From an uncultured bacterium (GTDB lineage Bacteria > Patescibacteriota > Minisyncoccia > Phycocordibacterales > CAIRYW01), in NCBI GenBank assembly GCA_903882905.1, contig CAIRYW010000019.1, positions 1,406 to 65,405 on the forward strand: 64,000 nt of DNA, written 5' to 3'. This document shows positions 1 to 9,921 of the stretch, one piece after another. The notes beneath the pieces were generated by a model. It saw nothing but the letters and a program-made list of their open reading frames with translations. It was not told where the DNA came from and ran no database searches. How positions within the stretch are numbered: the stretch's first letter is position 1; every line of letters starts with the position of its first letter. The translations under genes and the position numbers were made by a program.

Positions 1-11
1 ATTCCTCTAAG

Positions 12-44
12 AAGCCGTCCTATACCTATAGGCGGCTTTTCTTT
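12..44 (+). terminator. Rho-independent terminator-like hairpin (aagccgtcc..ggcggctttt + T-tract) closing an upstream gene
   Basis: GC stem gccgtcc/ggcggc followed by TTTTCTTTT at window start. Confidence 0.45.
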
Positions 45-91
45 TGGATAATTTTTTAAAATATTTTTTAAAACAGGTTATAATTTCAAGT

Positions 92-790
92 ATGAAAGCT
101 TCAATTATCATTCCGGCTTACAACGAAGAAAAATATATAGAAAAAACTCTTGAACTTGCTTTAAAACAAAATTATCCAGATTTTGAAATTATTGTTGTTG
201 ATAATAATAGTACTGATAAGACAAATGAATTAGCAAGAAAATTTGACGTAAAAGTTTTTCTAGAAAAAAACAAAGGCACTCTATGGACTAGGGAAAGGGG
301 AAGGAAAGAAGCAAGCGGAGAGGTTTTGGCTTTTCTAGATGCAGATTGTCTACCTGATTCCGACTGGCTTAGAGAAGGAGTGAAATGGTTCGAGTTCGAT
401 AAAAATGTTGTAGCGGTTACAGGCCCTTATGATTATTTTGATAGTTCTTCGTGGTATCGATTTTTTTCTATGTTTTTGCAAAAAAATATTTATTCCTTTT
501 TTAATATTTTTTTGCAAAGGATTCATAAAGGTGCAGTTTTAATTTTTGGAAATAGTTTTATAAGAGCATCCAGTGCAGAAAATATTGGAGGTTTTAATAC
601 TAATATTACTTTTTATGGCGATGATACGGACACAGCCAAAAGACTTTCAAAGTTTGGAAAAATTGTTTTTGATAAAAAACTTATAATAAAATCCTCATCG
701 AGAAGATTGAAAAAAGAAGGAATGATAAAAATACCACTTCTCTATGTTCTAACTTTTTTTAAAATATTAATTCTAGGCGAGAGAAAGTAG
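92..790 (+). CDS. Glycosyltransferase family 2
   Basis: N-terminal IIIPAYNEE...DFEIIVVDNNSTDKT and LDADC motifs. Likely ATG start at 92 after a tataat-like box; the ORF track starts at TTG 44. Confidence 0.8.
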   Translation: MKASIIIPAYNEEKYIEKTLELALKQNYPDFEIIVVDNNSTDKTNELARKFDVKVFLEKNKGTLWTRERGRKEASGEVLAFLDADCLPDSDWLREGVKWFEFDKNVVAVTGPYDYFDSSSWYRFFSMFLQKNIYSFFNIFLQRIHKGAVLIFGNSFIRASSAENIGGFNTNITFYGDDTDTAKRLSKFGKIVFDKKLIIKSSSRRLKKEGMIKIPLLYVLTFFKILILGERK

Positions 791-1108
791 TACAACTGAA
801 ATAAGAGCGAGGATAATTCCCAAAATACTCAATGTATTTAATTTTTCTCCAAATACGATAACTCCAATAAGAACTGTCAAAAGCAGACTGATGACTGACC
901 ACATTGTTCCTATAATGGATAGCTGATGTTTTTCCATAATTGCAGGCAACCAAGCAATCAAGGAAATTACATCGACTAGTAGTAAATAGAAAAGCAAACT
1001 AAAACTTGGATGCAGTGCAAATTTTTTGGAAAAGAATTCTCCAAAAGCAAAAAAAATTCCTGAGGTTATGAGCCAGACAATTGGTGGAAAGAAAAAAAGA
1101 AAATTCAT
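773..1108 (-). CDS. Small 4-TM EamA/SMR-like membrane protein (ArnE/ArnF-like flippase subunit candidate)
   Basis: 111 aa, four hydrophobic helices, convergent with and overlapping the GT2 gene end. Confidence 0.55.
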   Translation of the reverse strand: MNFLFFFPPIVWLITSGIFFAFGEFFSKKFALHPSFSLLFYLLLVDVISLIAWLPAIMEKHQLSIIGTMWSVISLLLTVLIGVIVFGEKLNTLSILGIILALISVVLLSLA

Positions 1109-1273
1109 CCCGCACTAGAAAATGACCTCGCTTTCAAAAGCGCGGAAATTTTCAAAATTACTTTTAAACTCGACTTGAAATTCCATGTTGTGATCGTTTG
1201 TAAGGTTAAGCTTTTAAGGTCATTTTACAGTGACGGGATTCATCATTGTTAAATTATTATAGCTCAAATAGTA

Positions 1274-2071
1274 TCATTCACCAGATCTTGCAAGAGAAAA
1301 ACATAATACATGTCGAGCGCCATTTTGTTTTAAAATCTTTTTAGCTTCATCTAAAGTTGAACCGGTCGTTGTGACGTCATCAACTAGAATGAAAAAGGAG
1401 TGCAAAAATTCCGCAGGAATTTTTGCACTAAAAGAATCTGTAAGATTGTACAATCTTTCTTTTCTAGCAAGATTAGTTTGGTGTAGTGTGTTTTTTACTT
1501 TTTTCAAAATATTTTTTTCTACAATTGAATCTAAGGGAAAATTTTTTGATAATAAATTTGAAATATCTAGAGCTTGATTGAAACCTTTTTCGTAGAGTCT
1601 TTTTTTGTGGGAGGGAATAGGGACAAAAATAATTTTTTTATTTTTTACTTCATCTGATCTAAATGACCAAATATTTTCTTCAATATACAAAGAAAGTTCG
1701 TCCGCTGAAAATTTAGCCAAAGAAGTGAGAATTTTCTTGTTTCTACTATATTTGATTTCTTTTATTGCTTCTTTAACTTCTCCGTTTTCGTAGGAGAAAA
1801 AACTAAGAATGTTGTTTTTCTCTAGAGGTGAGAAAAATTTTACCCAATCGTCTTCTGTATATTTTTCGAGCCTAGTTGTAAGCTCACTTTTTACAAATAA
1901 AAAATCTTCTACTATTTCCCACAAATATACTAAAACGTTGAGGAAATTGCTTTTTATGCGTGTTATAATATTCATATCTATATTTATGAATGATTTTATT
2001 AAGAATTTATTTAATTTTAACAAGACAGATACAAATGTGATAGGGATTGATATAGGATCTTCTTCTATCAA
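1274..2071 (-). CDS. comF: ComF family competence protein (phosphoribosyltransferase domain)
   Basis: C-terminal PRTase motif FILVDDVTTTGSTL...ARHVLCFSLAR. The true start may be internal Met 33 (~1975), which would remove the overlap with pilM. Confidence 0.7.
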   Translation of the reverse strand: MIEEDPISIPITFVSVLLKLNKFLIKSFINIDMNIITRIKSNFLNVLVYLWEIVEDFLFVKSELTTRLEKYTEDDWVKFFSPLEKNNILSFFSYENGEVKEAIKEIKYSRNKKILTSLAKFSADELSLYIEENIWSFRSDEVKNKKIIFVPIPSHKKRLYEKGFNQALDISNLLSKNFPLDSIVEKNILKKVKNTLHQTNLARKERLYNLTDSFSAKIPAEFLHSFFILVDDVTTTGSTLDEAKKILKQNGARHVLCFSLARSGE

Positions 2072-3101
2072 GATTGTTCAACTTGCTAAATCAAAAGGCA
2101 AAGCAATTTTAAAGACTTATGGAAGTCTTGCTATTGGTCCATATGCTGGAGTTACGATCGGCCAAGCGGCGGTTCTCCCTGGAGAAAAATTGAGCGAGAT
2201 AATAATTGATTTAATGAAAGAAGCAAATGTTAATACAACAAATGCTGGTGTGGCTATTCCACTTCGTTCGAGTTTGGTTTCTTTAATAGAAATGCCGAAC
2301 CTCTCGCAAAGTGAACTTCAAAAAATGGTTCCACTTGAAGCAAGAAAATATATTCCAGTACCAATAAGTGAAGTAACTATGGATTGGTGGGTTATTCCAA
2401 AAGATGAGACAAGAACTTTTTCTTCACCTCAGACTGCACCAATGATTAAGGCAGATAAAGCCGAAGTATTAGTTGTTTCTATTCATAATGAAGTTTTAAA
2501 TAATTACACTTCAATAATAAAAAATGCTGGTCTGTCCACAAGTTTTTTTGAAATTGAAATGTTTGCAACGATCAGATCTCTTATAGAACATGAACTTAGC
2601 CCTGTGATGATTTTTGACATGGGAGCTTCTGCAACAAAACTTTATCTTGTTGAAAGAGGAGTCGTTAAACAGTCACACATCATTAACAGAGGTTCACAAG
2701 ATATCACAATCGCTCTTTCTCAAGGACTTCAAGTTTCAATGGAAAAAGCTGAAAAAATAAAAAGAAGTATCGGGACACTTACAAAAGAAGAAGAGAAAAA
2801 TATTTATGATATTTCTGAGCTCACCATGGATTATATTTTTTCAGAGGCTGGAAGTGTTTTACTTGCTTTTGAGAAAAAAAACCACAAGAGTGTTTCGAGA
2901 GTGTATTTGACCGGAGGAGGAATTCTAATGAAAGGTTTTCTTGATATTGCAAAATCAAAGTTTCAAACAGACGTTGTAATAGGGGATCCTTTTACAAAAA
3001 TAGAGGTTCCAGCTTTTCTTTCGGAGATTCTTAAGGAAAGCGGATTAGATTTCGCTGTAGCTACAGGACTTGCTTTACGTAAGTTACAGGAATTTTTGTA
3101 G
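1986..3101 (+). CDS. pilM: Type IV pilus assembly protein PilM (actin-like ATPase fold)
   Basis: NVIGIDIGSSSIKIVQL start motif. The ORF-track start 1809 overlaps comF on the other strand; in-frame ATG at 1986 chosen. Confidence 0.8.
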   Translation: MNDFIKNLFNFNKTDTNVIGIDIGSSSIKIVQLAKSKGKAILKTYGSLAIGPYAGVTIGQAAVLPGEKLSEIIIDLMKEANVNTTNAGVAIPLRSSLVSLIEMPNLSQSELQKMVPLEARKYIPVPISEVTMDWWVIPKDETRTFSSPQTAPMIKADKAEVLVVSIHNEVLNNYTSIIKNAGLSTSFFEIEMFATIRSLIEHELSPVMIFDMGASATKLYLVERGVVKQSHIINRGSQDITIALSQGLQVSMEKAEKIKRSIGTLTKEEEKNIYDISELTMDYIFSEAGSVLLAFEKKNHKSVSRVYLTGGGILMKGFLDIAKSKFQTDVVIGDPFTKIEVPAFLSEILKESGLDFAVATGLALRKLQEFL

Positions 3102-3105
3102 GAGG

Positions 3106-3396
3106 AACCCAGCACCTTTTTATGCACTATGTGTATGTAATACAAAGCATTATTGATAAAAGTTTATATTTTGGCATTACTAATGATCTAAGCCGTCGCC
3201 TGTTAGAGCATAATGATAAGAAAAATTTTTCCACGAGTTATAAAGGTCCATGGAGGTATGTGTACATTGAAGGATATTTAAGTAGGAAAGATGCTGCTTT
3301 GAGAGAAAAAATTTTTAAGCATTACGGTAATGCACGGACTTATGTTAAACGTCGATTGAAAAATAGTTTAAGTGCATAAGAAGGTGCTGGGAAAAG
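3106..3396 (+). mobile_element. GIY-YIG ORF flanked by perfect 11-bp inverted repeats CCCAGCACCTT / AAGGTGCTGGG (copy A of the CCCAGCAC IR family)
   Basis: IR arms at 3108-3118 and 3381-3391 bracket the 3122-3379 ORF exactly; lies in the pilM-pilN intergenic region. Confidence 0.55.
3122..3379 (+). CDS. GIY-YIG nuclease domain protein (small, 85 aa)
   Basis: YVYVIQS...YFGITNDLSRRLLEHN GIY-YIG motif. Confidence 0.8.
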   Translation: MHYVYVIQSIIDKSLYFGITNDLSRRLLEHNDKKNFSTSYKGPWRYVYIEGYLSRKDAALREKIFKHYGNARTYVKRRLKNSLSA

Positions 3397-3462
3397 ATAT
3401 TAACACCATTCTCACTTTAGGCATTCGCATATTTTTCTAATAAGCGCTAAAATATAAGTAAG

Positions 3463-4185
3463 ATGGAAACAAAGTTTCAAAATACATTTATACCAAAATC
3501 AGCTCTTGATACTCCAAGTATTACTCCTAATAGACAAGCGAACTTTTTGACTTTTGTTTCAATGATTATTTTTCTTTTGAGTTGTGTTTTGGCGGGTGGT
3601 GTATTTCTTTGGGGACAGTATCTTGCAGGTCAGGTGAGTTCACTAAATCAAAGTCTAGAAATAAATAAAAATGCTTTTGAACCAGGCACGATTGAACAAT
3701 ATTCTAGATTAAATAGTCGATTCGATAGTGCAAGAGGTCTTCTATCAAGTCATGTCGCAGCTTCTGCATTCTTTGATTTGCTCAACAAAGATACTTTGAA
3801 AACAATTCAATTTTCAGATTTGAAGTATTCACAAGACGGAAGCGGCCTTATTTCTATCAAAATGTCTGGTAAAGCAAAGTCATATAACTCAGTTGCTTAT
3901 CAAGCCAAAATTTTTTCAAACGAAGTAGCTTTCAAGAACGCAGTATTTTCAAATCTAGATCTTGATCAGTCTGGAAATGTGATTTTTGAATTTGATACAC
4001 AAGTTAATCCAAGTCTCGTAACCTATCAAAATAATATTGCAGCCTATAAAAATCTTTCAAATAATGTACCTCAGACTTTAAGTATTCCAGATCAAAATTC
4101 AGTTTCAAGCAGTAGTAGCGTAGGAGGTTTATCTTTTCCACCAGTAACGTCTACAAGTTCAAATGTTAAATCTATAAAAAAATAA
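3463..4185 (+). CDS. pilN: PilN-like pilus assembly protein (single N-terminal TM)
   Basis: Position after pilM, TM helix then periplasmic domain, Ser-rich tail. Confidence 0.6.
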   Translation: METKFQNTFIPKSALDTPSITPNRQANFLTFVSMIIFLLSCVLAGGVFLWGQYLAGQVSSLNQSLEINKNAFEPGTIEQYSRLNSRFDSARGLLSSHVAASAFFDLLNKDTLKTIQFSDLKYSQDGSGLISIKMSGKAKSYNSVAYQAKIFSNEVAFKNAVFSNLDLDQSGNVIFEFDTQVNPSLVTYQNNIAAYKNLSNNVPQTLSIPDQNSVSSSSSVGGLSFPPVTSTSSNVKSIKK

Positions 4186-4743
4186 ATGAAAGCAACAATT
4201 TTTCCAATATTATTAATAGCCGGTGCAATAGGACTTTTTGTCTTAGTAACAAATCCTCAGTATCAAGCGGCCAAAGATGTACAGACTCAAGTAGGTAGTC
4301 TAAGTGAAGCTTTGGGTAAGTCCGAGCAAATTCTTGCAAAAAGATCCGAATTACAAATACAATATAATAATTTTTCTTCCAAAGATATTACCTCGATTGA
4401 CAAACTTCTTCCTGACAATGTCGATAACGTCCAATTGGTACTTGATATGAATGGAATCGCAAGAAATCATGGTATGGTTCTTAGAAATATAAAAATTCAG
4501 GATCAGGGCGGTTCTGGAAACGCTAGTGCGCAAGGAACTCAAGCTTTAGGTCCAAATAATAGTCCAGTTGGCTCTTTGTCGCTCTCTTTTGATGTAACAG
4601 GAGATTACCAAAGCTTCACAGGTTTTCTAAAGGATTTGGAACAAAGTCTTAGGATCGTTGATGTTACTGGAATTAGTTTTAAATCGACAGATAAGGGTAT
4701 CTACGATTATGTAGTAAATATAAAAACCTATTGGTTAAAATAA
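4186..4743 (+). CDS. pilO: PilO-like pilus assembly protein
   Basis: N-terminal TM plus coiled-coil; directly follows pilN. Confidence 0.6.
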   Translation: MKATIFPILLIAGAIGLFVLVTNPQYQAAKDVQTQVGSLSEALGKSEQILAKRSELQIQYNNFSSKDITSIDKLLPDNVDNVQLVLDMNGIARNHGMVLRNIKIQDQGGSGNASAQGTQALGPNNSPVGSLSLSFDVTGDYQSFTGFLKDLEQSLRIVDVTGISFKSTDKGIYDYVVNIKTYWLK

Positions 4744-4746
4744 AAT

Positions 4747-5157
4747 ATGAAAGATTTATACGAAAAATTTAAATTACCAATCATTATCATAGCCCTCTTG
4801 GGTTTGGCTTTTGTTTTTTACAACATGTTTTTTAAAACTACAGCCGACTCCTCTGCACTTGTTAGTAATCCTGTTTCAGGTAACTCTGTTTCTGCAGATT
4901 TTTTGCCACTCCTACTTAAAATTCAGGATATCAAATTTGATCAAGGTTTTTTTGCAAATAGTACATACACTTCACTTAAAGATTTTGGTCAAACAATAAT
5001 TACTGAAGATAAACAAAGGAATGATCCATTTTCTCCTGTCTCTGGAGTAAATGTTTCTTCTTCTACTGTCGAAGGTTTAGGATTTACTGTGCAAACTGTT
5101 ACAGGAACATCAACTACTTCTTCTTCAAATTCTACAGCAACAGTTAAGACTAAATAA
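4747..5157 (+). CDS. Membrane-anchored pilus assembly accessory protein (PilP-like candidate)
   Basis: N-terminal TM, Ser/Thr-rich tail, sits between pilO and pilB. Confidence 0.4.
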   Translation: MKDLYEKFKLPIIIIALLGLAFVFYNMFFKTTADSSALVSNPVSGNSVSADFLPLLLKIQDIKFDQGFFANSTYTSLKDFGQTIITEDKQRNDPFSPVSGVNVSSSTVEGLGFTVQTVTGTSTTSSSNSTATVKTK

Positions 5158-5160
5158 AAT

Positions 5161-6882
5161 ATGGATTTAATTACGATTCTTTCAAAAAAAGGAGTACTTT
5201 CTTCTGGAGATGCTGATAGAGCAAGATCTGAATCAAAATCCCCAGAGGATATCGAGGAGATTTTGAAATCATATGGTATCAGCAAAACTGATATTCTTTC
5301 TGCAAAAGGAGAAGAGATGAACATTCCTACAAAAGAGATTGAAAATCCAAATATACCGATGGAGACGCTTAAGTATATTCCAGAGGATTCTGCTAATTAC
5401 TATCAAGTTATTCCACTCGGTTTAAATAAGGGTGCCCTTGAAGTTGGGATTGTTGATCCGGAAAATATAGAGGCTAGAGATGCTATAAGCTTTATTGCTT
5501 CAAAAAATAACGTTCCTTATAAAATATTTTTAATTTCTAAAGAAGATTTTGATAAAGGAATACTTGCTTACAAAGGACTTTCTGGAGAAGTGACCAGAGC
5601 TCTTTCTGAACTGGAAGAAGACCTTACCGACGAAGAGAAGGAAATGATCAGTCTTAAAGATGAAAATATAAACAGAAAGATCAATTCTGTGAATATTATC
5701 GAGGATGCGCCGGTAAAAAAAATAGTTGCGACGATTTTACGATACGCTATTGAAGGTGAGGCTTCTGATGTCCACATAGAACCAATGGTTGATAAGGTCA
5801 GAGTACGTTTTAGACTCGATGGAGCATTGCATACATCACTTATTTTGCCTATAAAAGTATTAAATACTGTAGTAGCGAGAATAAAAATTCTTTCGGATAT
5901 GAAACTTGATGAAAAAAGAAAACCACAAGATGGTCGTTTTAGTGCACGTATAGATGGCAGAAAAATTGATTTTCGTGTTTCAACTTTCCCAACTTACTAT
6001 GGAGAAAAAGTGGTTATGAGAATTCTTGACCAAGCTAAGGGGGTTAAACCCCTTGATGATCTGGATATTTCAGAGAGGGATTTAAAAATGATTAAAGAGG
6101 CTATACACAAACCATACGGATTGATTTTAATTTCTGGTCCTACGGGTTCTGGAAAGACAACTACTCTATATTCTATGCTTGGTGAAGTTGATAAAGAATC
6201 AAACAATGTACTCTCACTTGAAGATCCTGTTGAATACAACGTAGAAGGAATGAGTCAATCACAAATCAGACCTGAGATCGATTATACTTTTGCTAACGGA
6301 CTTAGAACTACTCTGAGACAAGACCCAGATATTATTATGGTGGGAGAAATTAGAGATAAAGAAACTGCTGCTCTTGCGATTCAAGCAGCACTTACAGGAC
6401 ACCTTGTGTTCTCAACTATTCACACAAATGATGCAATCGGGGTAATACCAAGATTGGTAGATATGGGTGTTGATCCGTACCTTATTGCTCCAACCTTGAT
6501 TTTATCAATGGCCCAAAGATTAGTCGCAAAAATTGCTCCAGGAGGAGGAAAAGAAATGCCAATAGAAGGAAGTATTCAAGTCATGATAGATAAACAATTT
6601 GTAGATTTACCTGAAGAATTTAAGAGTTCAATTCCAAAAGGAAATACTGTAGTTGAGGCGATCCCTACGAGCGAGTTTCCAAAAGGTACTCACGGAAGAA
6701 TAGGTGTGTTTGAAGTCTTTAAGATGGATAGGGAATTAGAAAATATTATTCTCACAAATCCAATAGAGACGGAAATTTGGAAAGTTGTTAGAAAACAAGG
6801 AATGTTTACTATGAAAGAAAACGCTATTGTTAAAGCCATAAAGCATGAAATTCCTTTTGAAGAAATAAGTGGTCTTGCTTAA
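5161..6882 (+). CDS. pilB: Type IV pilus assembly ATPase PilB (GspE family)
   Basis: Walker A ISGPTGSGKTTTLYSML, GspE N-domain, Asp/His boxes. Confidence 0.9.
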   Translation: MDLITILSKKGVLSSGDADRARSESKSPEDIEEILKSYGISKTDILSAKGEEMNIPTKEIENPNIPMETLKYIPEDSANYYQVIPLGLNKGALEVGIVDPENIEARDAISFIASKNNVPYKIFLISKEDFDKGILAYKGLSGEVTRALSELEEDLTDEEKEMISLKDENINRKINSVNIIEDAPVKKIVATILRYAIEGEASDVHIEPMVDKVRVRFRLDGALHTSLILPIKVLNTVVARIKILSDMKLDEKRKPQDGRFSARIDGRKIDFRVSTFPTYYGEKVVMRILDQAKGVKPLDDLDISERDLKMIKEAIHKPYGLILISGPTGSGKTTTLYSMLGEVDKESNNVLSLEDPVEYNVEGMSQSQIRPEIDYTFANGLRTTLRQDPDIIMVGEIRDKETAALAIQAALTGHLVFSTIHTNDAIGVIPRLVDMGVDPYLIAPTLILSMAQRLVAKIAPGGGKEMPIEGSIQVMIDKQFVDLPEEFKSSIPKGNTVVEAIPTSEFPKGTHGRIGVFEVFKMDRELENIILTNPIETEIWKVVRKQGMFTMKENAIVKAIKHEIPFEEISGLA

Positions 6883-6950
6883 AAAATGTTACAATAATGC
6901 TAAAGATTACTGGTTAGGAATTTAAAAAGTAAATTTTAAATTAAAAAAAC

Positions 6951-7343
6951 ATGGAAGAGGATAAAAACAAAAAAAAATTCAGTGTAGTATTGGTTGACGA
7001 CGACAAATTCCTTTTGAATATGTATGCGATGAAATTTACGAAAGAAGGTTATGGTATTACCGCTTTTCAATCTTCAGAAGAAGCATTAGAAAAATTTAGA
7101 CTAGGACTTAGTCCAGACGTAGTTCTTTTGGATGTTGTAATGCCTGGTATGGATGGACTTTCTTTGTTAAAAATATTACGTGATGAAAAACTTATACTAA
7201 ACTCAGCTGTTGTCATACTTTCAAATCAAGGAGCTCAAAGCGATATAGATAATGCAAAGGCCTTAAAAATTGATGGATATATTGTGAAAGCAACAACTAT
7301 TCCATCAGAAGTTTTGAGAGAAGTCTCTAGAATTGTCGAATAA
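6951..7343 (+). CDS. Single-domain response regulator (CheY-like receiver)
   Basis: VVLVDDD...DVVLLDVVMPGMDG phospho-acceptor region; embedded between pilB and pilT. Confidence 0.8.
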   Translation: MEEDKNKKKFSVVLVDDDKFLLNMYAMKFTKEGYGITAFQSSEEALEKFRLGLSPDVVLLDVVMPGMDGLSLLKILRDEKLILNSAVVILSNQGAQSDIDNAKALKIDGYIVKATTIPSEVLREVSRIVE

Positions 7344-7369
7344 AAAAAAGCAAATAATTTATAAAAAAT

Positions 7370-8431
7370 ATGGATTACGACAAAGAAATCAAAGAATTAC
7401 TCGAAACTGTCATAAGAGAGGGAGCGTCCGATTTACATATTTCAGAAAAAAGACACCCAACTATTAGGGTTTCAGGTAATTTAATTCCGCTTGTGAAAAA
7501 AGAAGCATTTTCAACACAAGATACCAGAGGAATACTTCGAAAATTGGTTAAACCAGAACTTGAAGATGCTTTTGAAAAAAATAAAGAAATAGATTTTTCA
7601 TATGAATTTGAAGGAAAAGCACGTTTTAGAGGAAATGCTTTTTTCCAACAAGGGCATATTTCAATTGCCCTACGATTAATTCCTAAAATAATTCAATCCC
7701 TTGAAGAATTAAAACTTCCAGCAATTTTGGGTGATTTTGCAAAGAAGAAGCAGGGATTCTTTTTGGTTGTTGGTCCCGTTGGGCAAGGAAAGACTACAAC
7801 TCTTGCCTCGATGGTTGAATTAATAAACCAAGAAAGAGCCGAACACATTGTGACAATTGAAGATCCTATCGAATATGCTTATGATCAAAAAAAATCAATC
7901 ATCGATCAGCGCGAAGTAAGAATTGATACAAAAGATTTTCACTCTGCTCTTATTTCAACTCTCAGAGAAGATATGAATGTGATCATGGTAGGAGAGATGA
8001 GAGACCCTGAGACAATGTCAGCTGCTGTAACAGCGGCAGAAACAGGTCACTTGGTATTTTCTACACTACATACAAATAATGCCGCTCAGACTATTGATAG
8101 AATTATTGACTCATTTCCTCCAGGACAGCAGGAACAAATTAGAATTCAACTTGCGGGATCTCTCATTGGAGTATTTTCACAAAGACTTATTCCTAGAATT
8201 TCAGGTGGAAGAATTCCTGCTTATGAATTAATGATTGCGAATGATGCAGTAGCAAACTTGATTCGTGAAAAAAGAGTTCATGAAATTGATACTGTAATTG
8301 AGACAAGCTCAGAGCAGGGAATGATTGATATGAATAGATGTTTGGCTGATTTGGTGCGTGCTGGGGAAATCACAATCGAAAATGCTTATAAGTTTGCATT
8401 TAAACCAAAGTCGCTTGAGAAGATGTTGTAG
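7370..8431 (+). CDS. pilT: Twitching motility / pilus retraction ATPase PilT
   Basis: Walker A VVGPVGQGKTTTLASMV, AIRNLIRE-like motif. Confidence 0.9.
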   Translation: MDYDKEIKELLETVIREGASDLHISEKRHPTIRVSGNLIPLVKKEAFSTQDTRGILRKLVKPELEDAFEKNKEIDFSYEFEGKARFRGNAFFQQGHISIALRLIPKIIQSLEELKLPAILGDFAKKKQGFFLVVGPVGQGKTTTLASMVELINQERAEHIVTIEDPIEYAYDQKKSIIDQREVRIDTKDFHSALISTLREDMNVIMVGEMRDPETMSAAVTAAETGHLVFSTLHTNNAAQTIDRIIDSFPPGQQEQIRIQLAGSLIGVFSQRLIPRISGGRIPAYELMIANDAVANLIREKRVHEIDTVIETSSEQGMIDMNRCLADLVRAGEITIENAYKFAFKPKSLEKML

Positions 8432-8464
8432 AAATTAAGGAGCAAAGCGACTATAATTTCAAAA

Positions 8465-8590
8465 CCCAGTACTAACTTTTCGGAACAATTTAAAAAAAAT
8501 GAGAATTAATAAATTACATAACATATTGAAAATAAAAATCAGTCAGACGACTGATTTTTGTGGTAAATTATCAGAAAAGTTAGTGCTGGG
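8465..8590 (+). repeat. CCCAGCAC-core inverted-repeat element, copy B (arms cccagtactaacttttc / gaaaagttagtgctggg, one mismatch)
   Basis: 17-bp arms separated by ~92 bp in the pilT-pilC spacer; the interior contains an ATGAG..TTAAT..AAATATT stretch similar to copies D/E and a small hairpin aatcagtc/gactgatt. Confidence 0.55.
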
Positions 8591-8630
8591 TGGCGATTTT
8601 AATACTCGCTTCACTCGTTAAAAATCAGCC

Positions 8631-9830
8631 ATGCTCTTCAACTACAAAGCCATAGATCCAAAAGGTACTCAAATAAGCGGATCAGTAGATGCCGTTTCTA
8701 CTGATAGTGCTATTTCCTCAATTCAAAAAAGAGGACTTGTAATTGTTAGTATCAATGAAGCAAAAAAAGGATTTAATCAGACTTTCAGTTTTTTAAACCG
8801 AGTAAAAAATAAAGATATAGTTATCCTTTCAAGACAAATTGCCACTCTTTTCACCGCTCAAGTTTCAGCTCTTAGAGTCTTTAGAATGCTTTCTGACCAA
8901 ACAGATAATCCAGCACTTGGTGTAGTGCTTGTTGAAGTTGCAAGTGATTTGCAAGGGGGAACCTCTATATCAAAAGCTCTATCAAAACATCCAAAAGTTT
9001 TTTCAAATTTCTATGTAAATATGGTTAAAGCAGGGGAGGAGTCTGGGAAACTTGATCTTACTTTTACATACTTGGCAGATTATCTAGATAGAAATTTTGC
9101 AGTAACATCAAAAGCAAAAAATGCTCTGATTTATCCAGCTTTCGTAATTTTTACTTTTATTGTTGTTATGGCTGTGATGTTTACAGTTGTTATCCCTCAG
9201 ATAACTTCGATTATTACTGATGCTGGTCAAGCTATTCCTTTATCTACTCAAATAGTTATCGGTATTAGTAATTTCCTGAGAGATTACGGAATATTTTTAG
9301 TTATTGCAATATTAATTGCAGGTTTTTTTGTTATCAAATACAGCAGAACCGAAAAAGGTTCTTACGCCTTATCCGAATTTCAGTTGCTAGTTCCATATGT
9401 TGGGACTTTATATAAAAAACTTTATCTTTCAAGAATTGCAGATAATATGAACACCTTACTTACTTCTGGAGTACCTATGGTCCGTGCACTTGAACTTACA
9501 GCAGATGTTGTTGATAACAGGGTTTATCAAACGATTCTTCTTGCTTCATTAGAAGCCGTGAAAGCTGGTAGCACTCTTTCTGATGCTTTTTCAAAATATG
9601 AGCAAATTCCGGGGATTATTGTTCAAATGGTAAAAGTTGGAGAGGAGACAGGGGAACTCGGAAAAATTTTGGAAACTTTAGCAAAGTTTTACGAAAGAGA
9701 GGTAGTAAATGCTGTTGATACTCTTGTTGATTTAATTGAACCTGTCATGATTGTTGTGTTAGGTTTGGGTGTCGCCTTTTTGCTTGTTTCTGTGCTTATG
9801 CCTATCTACAACTTGTCCTCGTCAATTTAA
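8631..9830 (+). CDS. pilC: Type IV pilus platform protein PilC (GspF family)
   Basis: Two GspF repeats, three TM segments. Confidence 0.9.
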   Translation: MLFNYKAIDPKGTQISGSVDAVSTDSAISSIQKRGLVIVSINEAKKGFNQTFSFLNRVKNKDIVILSRQIATLFTAQVSALRVFRMLSDQTDNPALGVVLVEVASDLQGGTSISKALSKHPKVFSNFYVNMVKAGEESGKLDLTFTYLADYLDRNFAVTSKAKNALIYPAFVIFTFIVVMAVMFTVVIPQITSIITDAGQAIPLSTQIVIGISNFLRDYGIFLVIAILIAGFFVIKYSRTEKGSYALSEFQLLVPYVGTLYKKLYLSRIADNMNTLLTSGVPMVRALELTADVVDNRVYQTILLASLEAVKAGSTLSDAFSKYEQIPGIIVQMVKVGEETGELGKILETLAKFYEREVVNAVDTLVDLIEPVMIVVLGLGVAFLLVSVLMPIYNLSSSI

Positions 9831-9852
9831 GGAGAAAAAACTTAGAGGCTTA

Positions 9853-9907
9853 AAAACCTGCGAGGCTAAGCCTCAAGGATTTTAAGAGGCTTAGCCTCGC
9901 AGGTTTT
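9853..9907 (+). repeat. Perfect 22-bp inverted repeat AAAACCTGCGAGGCTAAGCCTC / GAGGCTTAGCCTCGCAGGTTTT (large hairpin) downstream of pilC
   Basis: Arms 9853-9874 and 9886-9907, 11-nt loop; likely terminator or REP-like structure. Confidence 0.6.
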
Positions 9908-9921
9908 CACTACAAAATTTG

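Noticed and set aside
1809-1985. Upstream extension of pilM to 1809
   Set aside because: It overlaps comF on the opposite strand by more than 250 bp. The conserved PilM N-terminus (NVIGIDIGSS) begins right after the in-frame ATG at 1986
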